64,000 nt of DNA. Source: Entomortierella parvispora E1425 (taxonomy: Eukaryota > Fungi > Mortierellomycota). Location: assembly GCA_020891255.1 (NCBI GenBank), contig BQFW01000005.1, forward strand, positions 1,054,001-1,118,000. Direction: 5' to 3'. Under the pieces are notes generated by a model. It saw only the letters and a list, made by a program, of their open reading frames with translations, did no database searches and was not told the origin of the DNA. The position numbers and the translations under genes are program-made. The stretch's first letter is position 1, and every line of letters begins with the position of its first letter. Shown here in pieces: positions 49,132-60,695 of this stretch.

Positions 49132-52100
49132 TCAAAACTCAGGAACAAAGAGAATGACCAGCATCAAAGACCCAAATCTTCAGATCATACATTCTCATTC
49201 ATCAGGTATCATACATAGCAAAGGCAGCTTCAAGTTGTTTTTTAGAAGGGAGAGTTCTTTGTCTCCAAAGAGTTTTTCTTTAATTTGTTTGAATAAAGTG
49301 GCTAAAGTAATAAAACAAAAAGAAGTAGCTTTGAAAGAAAAGTGAGAAGGAAAGAAGGGAGGGAAGGAAGGGAGGGAAGGAGGAGGTTCGGTAACGTTTT
49401 TAAAGTGCTAGTTGGAAGGTGTCTTTAAAGTGCTTTGGAGAGAGAGAGAGGCGGCGAGTGTTGATGACTCCGTGGCGGTATCTTTGCGTGGCCATGGCGT
49501 ACAAGTGCACCCATGTTCTCGGACATCCGAAGGTATCCGCACACGTAACCTTGGCAATCAATCAACGGAGAAGGAAGGTACTTTGGGGAAGGGGAGGGAG
49601 GGGATGCGAGTGGAAGGGGAGGGCTGGAAGGGAAGGGAGGGAAAGGGAAAGGAAAAGAAGGGAAGAAAGAGAGAAGAAAAAAAGAGAGAAAAGGTGGAAA
49701 AGGGAAAGGAATCTGGGGCCAAGGGTCTGTTGGAGCGAGCAAGAAGGAGGGACGGTTGGTTAGAACCTTTTGACATCATGCAGAGCAAAGGACAAGACAT
49801 TCAGACTTGCCTCTTGGCCATTTGGATTCGGGACCGAGAGGGACCGCGACGAGGGAGGTTGCCTTGGTTGTCGTGCCTATTGTTTTGGAAGGCAGACGAT
49901 CTCTGCTGCCGAGGTCAAGCCAAGGAAGGCAGACAACTTTTGGGGCCGAGGCTTGAGCAGAGAAGGCAGGCGGTCTTGAGGACCAAAGTCGAGCCAGGGA
50001 GGGCAAGCGACTTTCGTGGCCAAGGCTTGAGACGGGCGGTCTTGTAGCCGAGGCTCGAGAGGCAGAGGAGCGCTTGCTTGCGGCTGATGGAGGGCCAAGG
50101 AAGGCGGGCTCGAGGGACCAAGATCAAGGGAGTAGCCAGGCAGCGGAGGGGCTTCTTGAAGGCATGGTGGTTGCCGGCCCAGTGTGAAGAGGCAGCATGA
50201 TGATTTGTTTCTGTGTGGAAGGAGAGAGAAGTGAAGAAGAAGGATAAGGATCAAAAGTGGGGGGATCGGGGCGATATTTATATGAAATGCGGATGTTAAT
50301 TGCTGCGGTCCCCTCGGGAGATGCGAGAGGGAGACAGACAGAGAGACGGGCCTCGACCTCATGACAGAAGGAAGGAAAATGGTCATGAGGATGGGGGAGA
50401 TACGATAAAGACGATGATGAAGGAGGGAAGATAGCGACAGAGGATGTTGATTGGTCCATTGTCGCATGAATGGAGGCCCAAGAACCGACGGACCATGGGC
50501 AATAATCCGTCACCGGGGAGATAGACACCTTTTATCCGATACCGGGAGATAGCGACATGGAGCGTGTAATTTCCATGTAATTTATTCCAATATCTGAGAG
50601 AAGGCCAAAATGGCCTTCCTTGGCTGTTCTTCGGCCCTTGCTCGTGTTGGAAAGAGGCAATAATCCCTCACCGGGGGATAGACACATTTTATCCGTTACC
50701 GAGTGGTAGCGTGCTACTTTTCCCTATCGCCGTCTCTCGGTAACGGATAAAATGTGTCTATCTCCCCGGTGACCCATGGCCCCTCGGCCCTTTGACCTCC
50801 TTTCCTTCCACCATTCATGCGACAATGGACCAATCAACGTCCTTTGTCACTATCTTTCCTCCTTCATCATCGCTCTATCGCATTTTCCACCCATCCTGAG
50901 GCCGAGGCCCGTCTCTCTATTTCTCTCCCTCTCGCATCTCCCGAAGGGACCGTAGCAATTAACAGCCGCACTTCATATAAATATCGCCCCGATCCCCCCA
51001 CTTTTGATCCTTATCCTTCTTCTTCACTTGTCTCTCCTTCCACATACAAAAACAAATCATCATGCTGCCTCTTCACACTTGGCCAGCAACTACCATGCCT
51101 TCAAGAAGCCCTTCCGCTGCCTGGCTACTCCCTTGATCTTGGTCCCTCGAGCCCGCCTTCCTTGGCCCTCCATCTGCCGCAAGCAAGCGCTCCTCTGCCT
51201 CTCGAGCCTCGGCTACATGACCACTCGCTTCAAGCCTTGGCCACAAAGTCGCCTGCCCTCCCTGGCTCGACTTTGGTCCTCAAGACCGCCTGCCTTCTCT
51301 GCTCAAGCGTCGACCCAAAAGTTGTCTGCCTTCCTTGGCTTGACCTTGGCCGCAGAGATCGTCTGCCTTCCAAAACAATAGGCACGACAACCAAGGCAAC
51401 CTCCCTCGTCGCGGTCCCTCTCGGTCCCGAATCCAAATGGCCAAGAGGCAAGTCTGAATGTCTTGTCCTTTGCTCTGCATGATGTCAAAAGGTTCTAACC
51501 AACCGTCCCTCCTTCTTGCTCGCTCCAACAGACCCTTGGCCCCAGATTCCTTTCCCTTTTCCACCTTTTCTCTCTTTTTTTCTTCTCTCTTTCTTCCCTT
51601 CTTTTCCTTTCCCTTTCCCTCCCTTCCCTTCCAGCCCTCCCCTTCCACTCGCATCCCCTCCCTCCCCTTCCCCAAAGTACCTTCCTTCTCCGTTGATTGA
51701 TTGCCAAGGTTACGTGTGCGGATGCCCTCGGGTATCCGAGAACATGGGTGCACTTGTACGCCATGTCCACGCAAAGATACCGCCACGGGGTCTCAACGCT
51801 CGCCGACTCTCTCCTTCCTAAGCACAACATCCACCTCTCCTCTGTTCTTGATTGCCAAGGTTACGTGTGCGGACGCCCTCGGGTGTCCGAGAACATGGGT
51901 GCACTTGTACGCCATGGCCACGCAAAGATACCGCCACGGAGTCATCAACACTCGCCGCCTCTCTCTCTCTCCAAAGCACTTTAAAGACACCTTCCAACTA
52001 GCACTTTAAAAACGTTTCCGAACCTCCTCCTTCCCTCCTTCCCCTCTCCCCTTCCTCCCCTCTTTCTATTTCAAAGCTACTATTTTTTTTGATATTTTAG

Positions 52101-52340
52101 CCACTTTATTCAAACAAATTAAAGAAAAACTCTTTGGAGACAAAGAACTCTCCCTTCTAAAAAACAACTTGAAGCTGCTGCCTTTGCTATGGATGATACC
52201 TGATGAATGAGAATGAATGATAAGTCAATATGGGTCTTCGATGAAATTCATTCTCTTTTTTTTTTTTCTTTTTTTTTCTGTCTTCTGTTTTTTTTGGTCC
52301 TCCGTTTTTTGTCTTTGCTGTCTGTAGATCAGATCAGGAT
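49051..52340. repeat. ~3.3-kb imperfect palindrome (foldback)
   Basis: 49051-50557 is the reverse complement of about 50725-52340 with substitutions and indels; the right arm carries an extra ~150-bp internal duplication. Confidence 0.93.
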
Positions 52341-53669
52341 GAATAAACAGCATTTTGTCAACACACTCGAGCCAGGGCATTGTTGTGAAGAGGTTGAAGG
52401 GGTATGCTGACATGAACGAGTCCTGGCCGCCCCACTTAACTCATCATAGCTTCGTATCTTTGTATCAGTACCAAGAATGGTGGGATGGATCATTTGTAAT
52501 CGTGTTACACCCCTCGTAGCCTAGTTAATGGTGCGCTCTTATTGGTTTATTTCCTCGTTTTTCTTTCTACCTTTCGACGGAGCATTCTCTTCTAAGATCA
52601 AAAAGGCCATTGATGTCGATCATCTTGAGTTACGGGATCTACAGGTTAGCAAGATCGATTGTCAGAGCCAGATGAAGGCCATCGATTCAACTGTGAGCTA
52701 CGGAGACGATCTAACAGTATACCCCCCCTAGTTCTGACTCAAATGAGCCCAACGGCTATGGTCCAGAGCGCAACTGTTGACAGGAAGACATCTCTTCCTG
52801 TCTTTGTTTCGGCCACATTGAGTTATCCTTAAAAATGCAGTCATCTTTCGTAGGAAAGATAGGCTGACGTGTCTAAGAGCCCTCTCTGTCTCCGGCTCGA
52901 GAGCAGATCTTTTGTCTGCGATGGAGAAGCATCTTCAGGAGGCAAATCTATTTCCCAGGGATATTGCAATTGATAGTCCGGCCATCGTCAATGGTCTCAC
53001 TGGCAAAGTCCAGCGGCTCCCTATAACAGCCTCCGCCTTGCGCGAGCCTCTCAGCCATGGTCAGAGACAAGATCGAGCGCGCCAGCAGCTACGCCATCTA
53101 AAAGAGTTGATACAATCTAGTGCTGTCGCACAGAGACGATCTTGTGGGTCATCAGGTACAATGCCTTTGCCTCAATTCAGCAACGGCCCGCGGACGCCAA
53201 ATATGTTCTTATGTGGACCTTCAGCAATGATGTATGCACTTGTGCAGAGAAGCGATTGGGGGGCATTCCTTCGTGGAGAACCAAAGCAGAGCATGCACAA
53301 GGCGCTGGAGCCATTGTCTTGTTGACGCGAATGCAGCATGTACAAGACGCTGGAGCCATTGTCTTGCTGATGCGAATGCAGCATGTCAGGTCGTGCAGGA
53401 ACGAAGGTGATCAATGCAGATGATGATCTCAAGCGGCAACTCCATTATTGACTAAAATGAACGAGTTGGAACAGAGACATGACAAGGGGAGGATGAGAAG
53501 GATGAAGGATGAGCGAAGAAGGATGAGTGGGAACGATGAGCAGTGGGAGAGATGCGGCTCAGAATGGTCACAGTTGGCCAATCGTCCGTTGTGCGTCCGT
53601 GCGTGGAGAGAGCGAAGGACGCGCGCGTTGGCGTTGGTGGGGATTTTGTGTCTGTCTGCGTCTGGCTCC

Positions 53670-53779
53670 GCAGCAAGTGCGACGAAGAAGAAATATCTTC
53701 TTCGTCGCACTTGCTACACAAGAACGCAGCAGATGCGATACGCTGGAAGAAAATATCTTCTCCGTGTCGCACTTGCTGC
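53670..53779. repeat. Two tandem hairpins
   Basis: AGCAAGTGCGACGAAGAAGA-AATA-TCTTCTTCGTCGCACTTGCT is a perfect 20-bp stem; an imperfect copy follows at 53726-53779. Confidence 0.9.
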
Positions 53780-54098
53780 ATGCCGACGATCACAAATTTG
53801 AGATTACAAAAAAAAAAAAAAGGTTGTAGCTCCAAGAGTTGACCAAATCTCACTCGATTTCCCATGGAGTTCGTGCTGCAAACTCAAAAGACTGATGACA
53901 CCTGTCGTGCTGTGATTACCGTTGGTCTTTATTCCTGGGCAGAATTCACTTCCAATAAAGAGAAAGAGAGAAAGAGGACAGGAGGGGCGAAAGAGCAGTG
54001 TTCAGCTTGTAGTAGAAGGGAAGTGAGGGGAAGAGAGCCAGATAGGAAAGAAAACAATCCAAACTTTGAGCTTTTCTCCAAATCTCAGTACCCCCTTT

Positions 54099-54425
54099 TT
54101 AATCGCAGTGAGGGCAAGGCTTAGTTGGTGGTGGTCTGGGGTACCCCTGCTGGCAGTAGCGGTAAGCCCACTCTTGGAAACATTCGCCATGCTCCAAATT
54201 ATGACATCTTTCGATGGCGGGACCGTTGTCGCTTGCGTACATGGTCTGAGTAGATCCAGAGGTGTTCTTGATGGAGCAGTCATCGCAGGTGGTGCTCTGG
54301 CCAGCTCCAAGGACTATGTTGGTATTCGCGCAGTCTGTTCGCTTAACCAAAGGCTCGGCAGTAGGTGCGGCCTGGGCAACGGCAACAATCGCGGCAACGG
54401 CGAAGAGGATGGTGGAAAAACGCAT
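54099..54425 (-). CDS. Small secreted cysteine-rich protein with Kex2-type propeptide (108 aa, 8 Cys)
   Basis: Signal peptide MRFSTILFAVAAIVAVAQA, propeptide ending LVKR, mature region with 8 Cys. Confidence 0.82.
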   Translation of the reverse strand: MRFSTILFAVAAIVAVAQAAPTAEPLVKRTDCANTNIVLGAGQSTTCDDCSIKNTSGSTQTMYASDNGPAIERCHNLEHGECFQEWAYRYCQQGYPRPPPTKPCPHCD

Positions 54426-55199
54426 CGTGTTGACTTGAACTTGAAGGGCTTGGGAGATGAAACTGGGTTATGAGTGGTGGATGAGGGAGGACAACACGAA
54501 GTTAACGCTTCTTTTATAGGTTCGCGGGATAGAGCAGATGAGAGGCTAGGATGGGCGTGAACCTGTAAACATTTCCAAGTCTACACAATGACTGAAATGA
54601 ATGAATGAAGGGCGCATCGATATCAGTTTATTGATTAACTTCATGTGTATGCGAGGATACATCTCTCTTCAAAGGTCAACGGAAAAACACTCTGTTTTGA
54701 TGAGGTTTGTGTCTGGATGCGCGTCCCTTCTTGTGTTCCCGACCCACTGTAGAAAAGTCGACTGTGTCTGCGACGGTAGTTTTATTCTTGGCGAAATAAG
54801 TTGAATGTTCTCACGAATTTGATTCTAGAACACGCCCGGGCGGAACGCGCGCGGAAGTTTGCAGCTGCCCAGGAGGCTCTCCTGGAAAAGCGGCTCTCTT
54901 TCCCATTAGCGCAATTCGTGTGTCCACCTGGACGATAAATGCCCAACGAACGTGTACCACAAAAAAAAACTGGTGCTTTGTGCCCCAACGGGCCTTCTTC
55001 AAGGTTCTCTTCGCCCTCCACGCCCTCCTCGCCCTCCTCGCCCAAGGTCAAAATATTAATAATTTTGTCGGCTCTTGGATTTCATTCACACGCTTTCTGA
55101 TATCTGCCCATGCTCTCGAGTTCCTTTTCGGATCTGCCCTCCGGTTGTTGACATTCTTGGTTAACCTAAATGAGGCCATGTCCCTGTGGGCAGGCTATC

Positions 55200-55380
55200 A
55201 AGGGAACGTCCGACTTTAAATACGGTGACATCACGCGCCAGTTTTGCAAGTGGGGTCATCATGATGTTGAGAGGATCTACAGCCCTGAATTCAGACGGAG
55301 ATGGAGAGTACATCTGGCCCCCTGAGAACTATTCCATGATCGGAAATTCGGCCTTCTTGCAAGTTGGCGAAGAAGTCTGA
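55200..55380 (+). pseudogene. Short relic paralogous to the membrane protein at 38620
   Basis: GGATCTACAGCCCTGAATTCAGACGGAGATGGAGAGTACATCTGG matches about 39163-39207 (LKGSTALHSDGDGEYIW), followed by a deletion. Confidence 0.7.
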
Positions 55381-55694
55381 AGTCCGAAGTTGTCTGATCG
55401 CGGAGGGGAAGATGAATAGCGGAAATGAAATTGTCGTGTCACTTCCCCAAGTTCACAGAAGCGTCATCATGTCTTCCTGTGGGCCTCAAAAGCGTCACCC
55501 TGTAGTCGCCTGTGCCCAGAGAAAATATGCTGTGCCCGCCCCCTGCAGATTTAGGATGCGCACAAAGTGCTTGTAAGACGATTTAGTGACCCCCAAGTGC
55601 ACGTGCCACAGCCACATTCTGTCCATTTGTCAATCCCCCATTTGCATCTCATGGTCGTCTCAATCTTTTCCTTCATTCCTCATTCAATTGCAAC

Positions 55695-57377
55695 ATGCAT
55701 CCTCTGGACATTCCCGAAATTGCTCTTCAAGTCGGCCTATATTTTGACTCGAGCTCTCTGCTTCCATGCATCCTCGTCTCGCGCTCCTGGTACCAGGCTT
55801 TTCTTCCGACACTCTGGAAGACAATATCTCTACCACCAACAGGCCAACACCGTCGCCCAGGTCCCAACGTCCCTATGCCCTGGTTGAGTGTTTTACAGCG
55901 CCACGGCCATCTCATCCATGAACTCAGCACCATCAAGCTCTTTCCCGAAGAGACAATCCGGGTACTGCAGGTCTTGGAACTGCCCAATCTACAGAGCGTG
56001 GTTCTCCGCATCAACAGTCAACCAGAGGTTGGGGCTCATCACCAGTTGAAGCCCTTCATCCGACAACACCAGGGTTCCCTCCGGAATTTGACCTTGATCC
56101 AGGATAATTTATATGGAGAGTTTGGACATCAAGATCCTAGGTTCAGAAGAGTCCAACTAGAACCTCGCTTGAGGACGCCAAATCCGGAGTACTCGGTTTG
56201 GAAACTAGTTTGGGAAGGGCTGGGCGGCAATCCCAGCAGCATCAACGGCGAGCATACAATCCAGAGTGATGAGCGAGGAGACCTCTCTGGGCAGAGGCTG
56301 CGGTCACTGACTGTTGGTGGCGCTCTAGTTTATTGGCAGGAGGAGTTTGATGCCTGTCCCGGACTGTGGGAATTTCTGAAGAATCTGGACAGTCTCACTC
56401 TCTGGGGCTTGCATCTTGGAACTCCAGATCCAGTAGACGAGGCGGTTATACCGGATGTGGCTGATACCTTGTCGTCGACAGAACCCAGCCTTACCTCATC
56501 AGCATCCTCTCTCGTCTCAGAGCCGTCCTTGCCATTTGCACGAATGGCTGGCTCAAGAGTTAGAGATCTCAGTCTTTGTGAGGGAGACGCAGGAGCAGTC
56601 GACATCGAGGTGGCGCTTATCCAACAGTGCACCGAATTACGATCGCTGACCTGGTGCAATGATAGTGGCCAAGACACCTTTCAGGAGAGCTTTTGTTTGC
56701 TCCTAGACCGGCTAGCATTTCTGAACAGCCTCGACTTAGGGATACCCGGGATGACGGAGAGCGATTGCATGTTGATGCTCAGGAGCGTGCGACAGCCTCT
56801 TCGAAAGCTCGTCCTCCGCGAGTCCACCAGGCTCTCTACGCGAGCCACCTGTGCTTTACTGGAGGAAGATGATGAACGACATGCAGCCACTCTTGAGATT
56901 TTGCATTTGCCAAAGTCGAACGAGATGACAGGACTCTGTACGCAGATGATATTGAGTTCATGTCCAAAGCTGCAGAGTTTTCATGTTATCAATGGCGTCC
57001 AAAACAGGGATATAACAATGGACCCCAGGGAGTGGGCTTGCAAAGATTTACGGGAACTGGAGTTACACCTGGATTCAAAGTTGAACTCTCTCAGCCAGGA
57101 CATCATCAAAGAGCTCTACTCTGTTGATGACTTTATGAGATCGACCTCCTTGACTAATACTACAAGTGGACATGTCACTGTTAGGACCAGAAAATCTGCG
57201 GAGCAGTTCAATTTGATGTTTGAACGAATGAAGGCCTTAGATAATCTTCAATCTTTGGCAATCCATGGTCGACAATGCACCCGGTTCAAGGAAGCCACAG
57301 TTGTGGATGGCCAGGTGCATCTTCAGTGGTCAAAGTGGACTGTGGATCTCATGAGTTCAGACACGCAAAAATGGTGA
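55695..57377 (+). CDS. F-box/RNI-like protein
   Basis: MHPLDIPEIALQVGLYF..LLPCILVSRSWY F-box; intronless 560 codons; C-terminal PREWAC motif. Confidence 0.85.
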   Translation: MHPLDIPEIALQVGLYFDSSSLLPCILVSRSWYQAFLPTLWKTISLPPTGQHRRPGPNVPMPWLSVLQRHGHLIHELSTIKLFPEETIRVLQVLELPNLQSVVLRINSQPEVGAHHQLKPFIRQHQGSLRNLTLIQDNLYGEFGHQDPRFRRVQLEPRLRTPNPEYSVWKLVWEGLGGNPSSINGEHTIQSDERGDLSGQRLRSLTVGGALVYWQEEFDACPGLWEFLKNLDSLTLWGLHLGTPDPVDEAVIPDVADTLSSTEPSLTSSASSLVSEPSLPFARMAGSRVRDLSLCEGDAGAVDIEVALIQQCTELRSLTWCNDSGQDTFQESFCLLLDRLAFLNSLDLGIPGMTESDCMLMLRSVRQPLRKLVLRESTRLSTRATCALLEEDDERHAATLEILHLPKSNEMTGLCTQMILSSCPKLQSFHVINGVQNRDITMDPREWACKDLRELELHLDSKLNSLSQDIIKELYSVDDFMRSTSLTNTTSGHVTVRTRKSAEQFNLMFERMKALDNLQSLAIHGRQCTRFKEATVVDGQVHLQWSKWTVDLMSSDTQKW

Positions 57378-57704
57378 GACTTTGTTGGGAGCGAGTGGGA
57401 CTCAATAGACCTGACCTTTTATTATAAATAAATGCAATATCGGCGCTGAAGACAAAAATGCGAGGGTGAAAAACGATAGAAGGACGGGTGATCTGCTGAG
57501 GACCAGCCTTCAAGGGACGCGGGATGGAGTTCAATTAAGGGGTGCGAATATTCCAGCCTGCCCCACGGCAAGACGGCGAGGGAGCGCGCGTCTGGAGCAC
57601 GAACACCGTCCGGCCCGTGCATCCACCATTGCCCGCGCAACCCCCCGGAGTCCTCTTTCCTTTCTTGCACCAAGAGCGACCACACCACTCCCCACTTTTT
57701 CAAA

Positions 57705-59411
57705 ATGGTTCACCCACTCGACATTCCCGAGATTGCGCTTCATGTAGGCCAATGCATCTCCCTCAAAGACCTCTCATCATGCATCCTTGTCTCGCAGCGA
57801 TGGCACCACGCTTTCCTGCTCACACTCTGGAAAGCTATCTCCTGGAAGAAGCTGGAGCCGAGAGGCTTACGTGGACCTGCCATCGATGGCCTCGATAGGC
57901 ACCGATACTTTGTTCACAACCTGTGTCTTGTCGATCTGTCACAGGCCATGGACGAGGCGATCCAAGCAATTGATTTTCCGCATCTCCGAGGCTTGCGGAT
58001 CTTCAACAGGTCGCACGAAAGTCAAAGCGGCAGAACTTTTCTTGGTTTACCCTCCACCATGGAATTTTTGAAGCGACACCAGCATTCCCTTCAGGAGTTG
58101 ACTTTGGCCTTTGAAGAACTTGGAACCTTTGATCCGAAACAGCAACCCACCTTTCGACCATCTCAAACGCAGATGATTGGAGCCCTTGCGACTGCAACCC
58201 TCAACGACAGCCGGGCTGAAAATGGATGTGAGGATGAACAAGCAGGGCAAGAAAGTGAAGAAGAGAGGGACAGTGGAAGGGAATGCCGTGAAATAGAGCC
58301 ACCACTACAGCTACTCAGGGCTCTGACGCTTAAAGAAGCTCGGATCGACTTGGAGGAGATGGACTCCAGTCAGGATCTCTGGGGGCTATTAAGACGGCTG
58401 AGCTCACTCACAATCGCCAACTGGATCTGCACCCCGGTTGACACCAGTTCATACCCAACTTTGGGAACATGGATCAGCCCCTCTGCTCCACTAGAATCCC
58501 CACCTCCCTCACCTTCCACAGCAGCAACTCCAGCATTTTCCAATATGGAAGGCACACAGCTACGACATCTCTGTCTCCAAGGCGGAAACATCACGACATG
58601 CATGCATGAGGTTACGCTGATCCACCAGTGTCAAGCTCTTCAGTCACTGACTTGGCACAACAGCCAGTTCAAGGTTCAACCCCGCTCAATTCTCTCCAGG
58701 TTCAAAGTCGAAGGTCAATGGCCACTCCTGAACTCTTTGGATCTCGGGATTCCTGGTCTCGATGGCCAGAGTCTTTCAACCATCATTGATTCCCTAAACC
58801 GGCCCTTGAAAAAGTTGGCCATCCATTGCCATATTTCTGGCATCGTATCGGCCTGTGAGGTCTTGTTACAGAGCGGACAGGAACGCCATCAGAGATCCTT
58901 GGAGATCTTGCATTTGCCCTATGCCAAAGACGTAGTAGGACCGTTGGTTCATCGAATCCTCTGTTCGTTTACCCATTTGAAGAGCTTTCACATCGTTGGT
59001 GGCATCAAGAACACGGATTTCAGCAAGGTAGAGGGAGAGGGGTATGAGGCAATCGTGCGTCGCCCTTGGGCCTGTCAAGGACTTGAGGACTTTCGAATGA
59101 TCCTGTTTCCGAATCTTAGCCCAAGATTGATGGCCTTTTATGAGAATTTGAGCGGGAACGGAGACGAACATTGGAGGGAAGCGTCCGAGCAGTACAGATC
59201 CATGTTGGACCGACTGGAGGCCCTTCCAAAGTTGGAGACGCTGGTGTTGGGTCATCGATCCTGTGCTCATATCAATGAGCCACATCACACCGTTCGGGAA
59301 ACACATTTCAAGTCTGCGGGATGGAAGATGTGCTGGAGTCAGGACAACATTCAACCCATCTCTATGAAGCACTGCGGGTGGGGAGGAGTTTACAATAGCC
59401 CAGGAAGATGA
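57705..59411 (+). CDS. F-box/RNI-like protein, tandem paralog
   Basis: MVHPLDIPEIALHVGQCI..LSSCILVSQRWH F-box; 568 codons; RRPWAC motif. Confidence 0.85.
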   Translation: MVHPLDIPEIALHVGQCISLKDLSSCILVSQRWHHAFLLTLWKAISWKKLEPRGLRGPAIDGLDRHRYFVHNLCLVDLSQAMDEAIQAIDFPHLRGLRIFNRSHESQSGRTFLGLPSTMEFLKRHQHSLQELTLAFEELGTFDPKQQPTFRPSQTQMIGALATATLNDSRAENGCEDEQAGQESEEERDSGRECREIEPPLQLLRALTLKEARIDLEEMDSSQDLWGLLRRLSSLTIANWICTPVDTSSYPTLGTWISPSAPLESPPPSPSTAATPAFSNMEGTQLRHLCLQGGNITTCMHEVTLIHQCQALQSLTWHNSQFKVQPRSILSRFKVEGQWPLLNSLDLGIPGLDGQSLSTIIDSLNRPLKKLAIHCHISGIVSACEVLLQSGQERHQRSLEILHLPYAKDVVGPLVHRILCSFTHLKSFHIVGGIKNTDFSKVEGEGYEAIVRRPWACQGLEDFRMILFPNLSPRLMAFYENLSGNGDEHWREASEQYRSMLDRLEALPKLETLVLGHRSCAHINEPHHTVRETHFKSAGWKMCWSQDNIQPISMKHCGWGGVYNSPGR

Positions 59412-60695
59412 CCATAGATTTTATTGACAGAATACAAGTAGTAAGAAGATATTGCAGACTGAGGAGAAAGATACTGAGGATCTATCTGGTAATAATACGG
59501 AAGAGACAGAACACTCAGTCCAAAAAGCGAGGTCTAGAAGAGGATATCGGGAAAACCGAGCTGGGACCTGACATGCAGTAACTGTAATGAACTTGGACCA
59601 AGCTTATCGGGCGGTCAGAGAGGAACGGCCAGAACAAGGCGAACAGGGCAAGGATAAGAAATTGTTGTATGTTATATAATGAGGCCGAAGGACTTTGCTA
59701 GAGGTCCTTACTAATCCTGGGCGCCGGTTCTGATGCTCTAGAAGGATCTGTAGAGTACCCGTTCCTGGTCTTTTTTATCCTCGTATATAACTTGGCCTCA
59801 GCCCCCTCGTGAGGCATAACAATGTCTGGTCTCTTCTGAGTGGACCTGCCTTGCTGACCTTGACAATCTACCCTCTGTTCCTGAGGTGGCCCTGCGTTTT
59901 CCCTGCCCTTGCTTTTCACTGCATTTCCCTGGTGTCTCTGGCATTATCTTTCTTGTTCTCCCCTCCCCGATATCTGTTTATTTGTGATGTCCTTAATACG
60001 CCCACCCTCTCTCCCCTCTCCTCTCTTTTCCCTGTCCCTCCCTCCCCTGGCATCAGTTTTTTCCTTTCCTTTTATTGTATCCTGTCTCTTCTCTCATCTG
60101 CCCTTACATCTTTTTCTGTATCTCCATTTCATCAATATTTTCCTGTCCGTTCCCTCGCCCTTTTGTCCCTCTCCATTGTTTTTTGTCCCCTTGCTTTACC
60201 AGGTTTCCGTGTTGCTTTCAGCGTCTAACGTCTTGTCGGCAGTCACTTAATCTCACAAGATATTTACTGTCCACGTTGCTATGGAACAAGAGGGTAGTGC
60301 CGCTCCCCATCTGCTTGGACCGTACCTCATGATGTTTTCGCTACACGCTGGGACTGGTGTGGTTCCAAGATTTTCTCTTGGATGCCTTTAATTTTTCTTT
60401 CGTCCCTAGATCTTCCCCCTTACTCCATTTCTTGACTGTTCTCTCCGTTGAAGTCCCTTGGCGTTTTCCGTCCTATTCTCTGAATTCCCTGATCATCACT
60501 TGGTCTTTCAAAGCCCCTTTGGAGTGCCATCTTTAGCCTCCGCCTTTAAAATATAGATTTTTTACTCCCTATCTTCTGTCACTTCTTACCTCTAGTTCCC
60601 TACACATCCCTTTTCCCCCATTACATTTCCTTTCCAATCCACGTCCATCCTTGAATCTACCTCAAAAACCTTTCTCGTCCCTCGTTATATTCAAA

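Noticed and set aside
49412-52009. Many mirrored ORFs of 60-220 aa in the palindrome
   Set aside because: Low-complexity purine/pyrimidine translations duplicated by symmetry; no domain motifs.
52450-53250. Possible gene relic (137-aa plus-strand ORF and stop-ridden minus frames)
   Set aside because: No family could be recognised in any frame.
53304-53390. 45-bp direct repeat, two copies
   Set aside because: Ordinary local slippage duplication with no further structure.
59450-60000. Hints of a decayed inverted repeat around 59730
   Set aside because: Only short scattered matches; arms could not be aligned collinearly.
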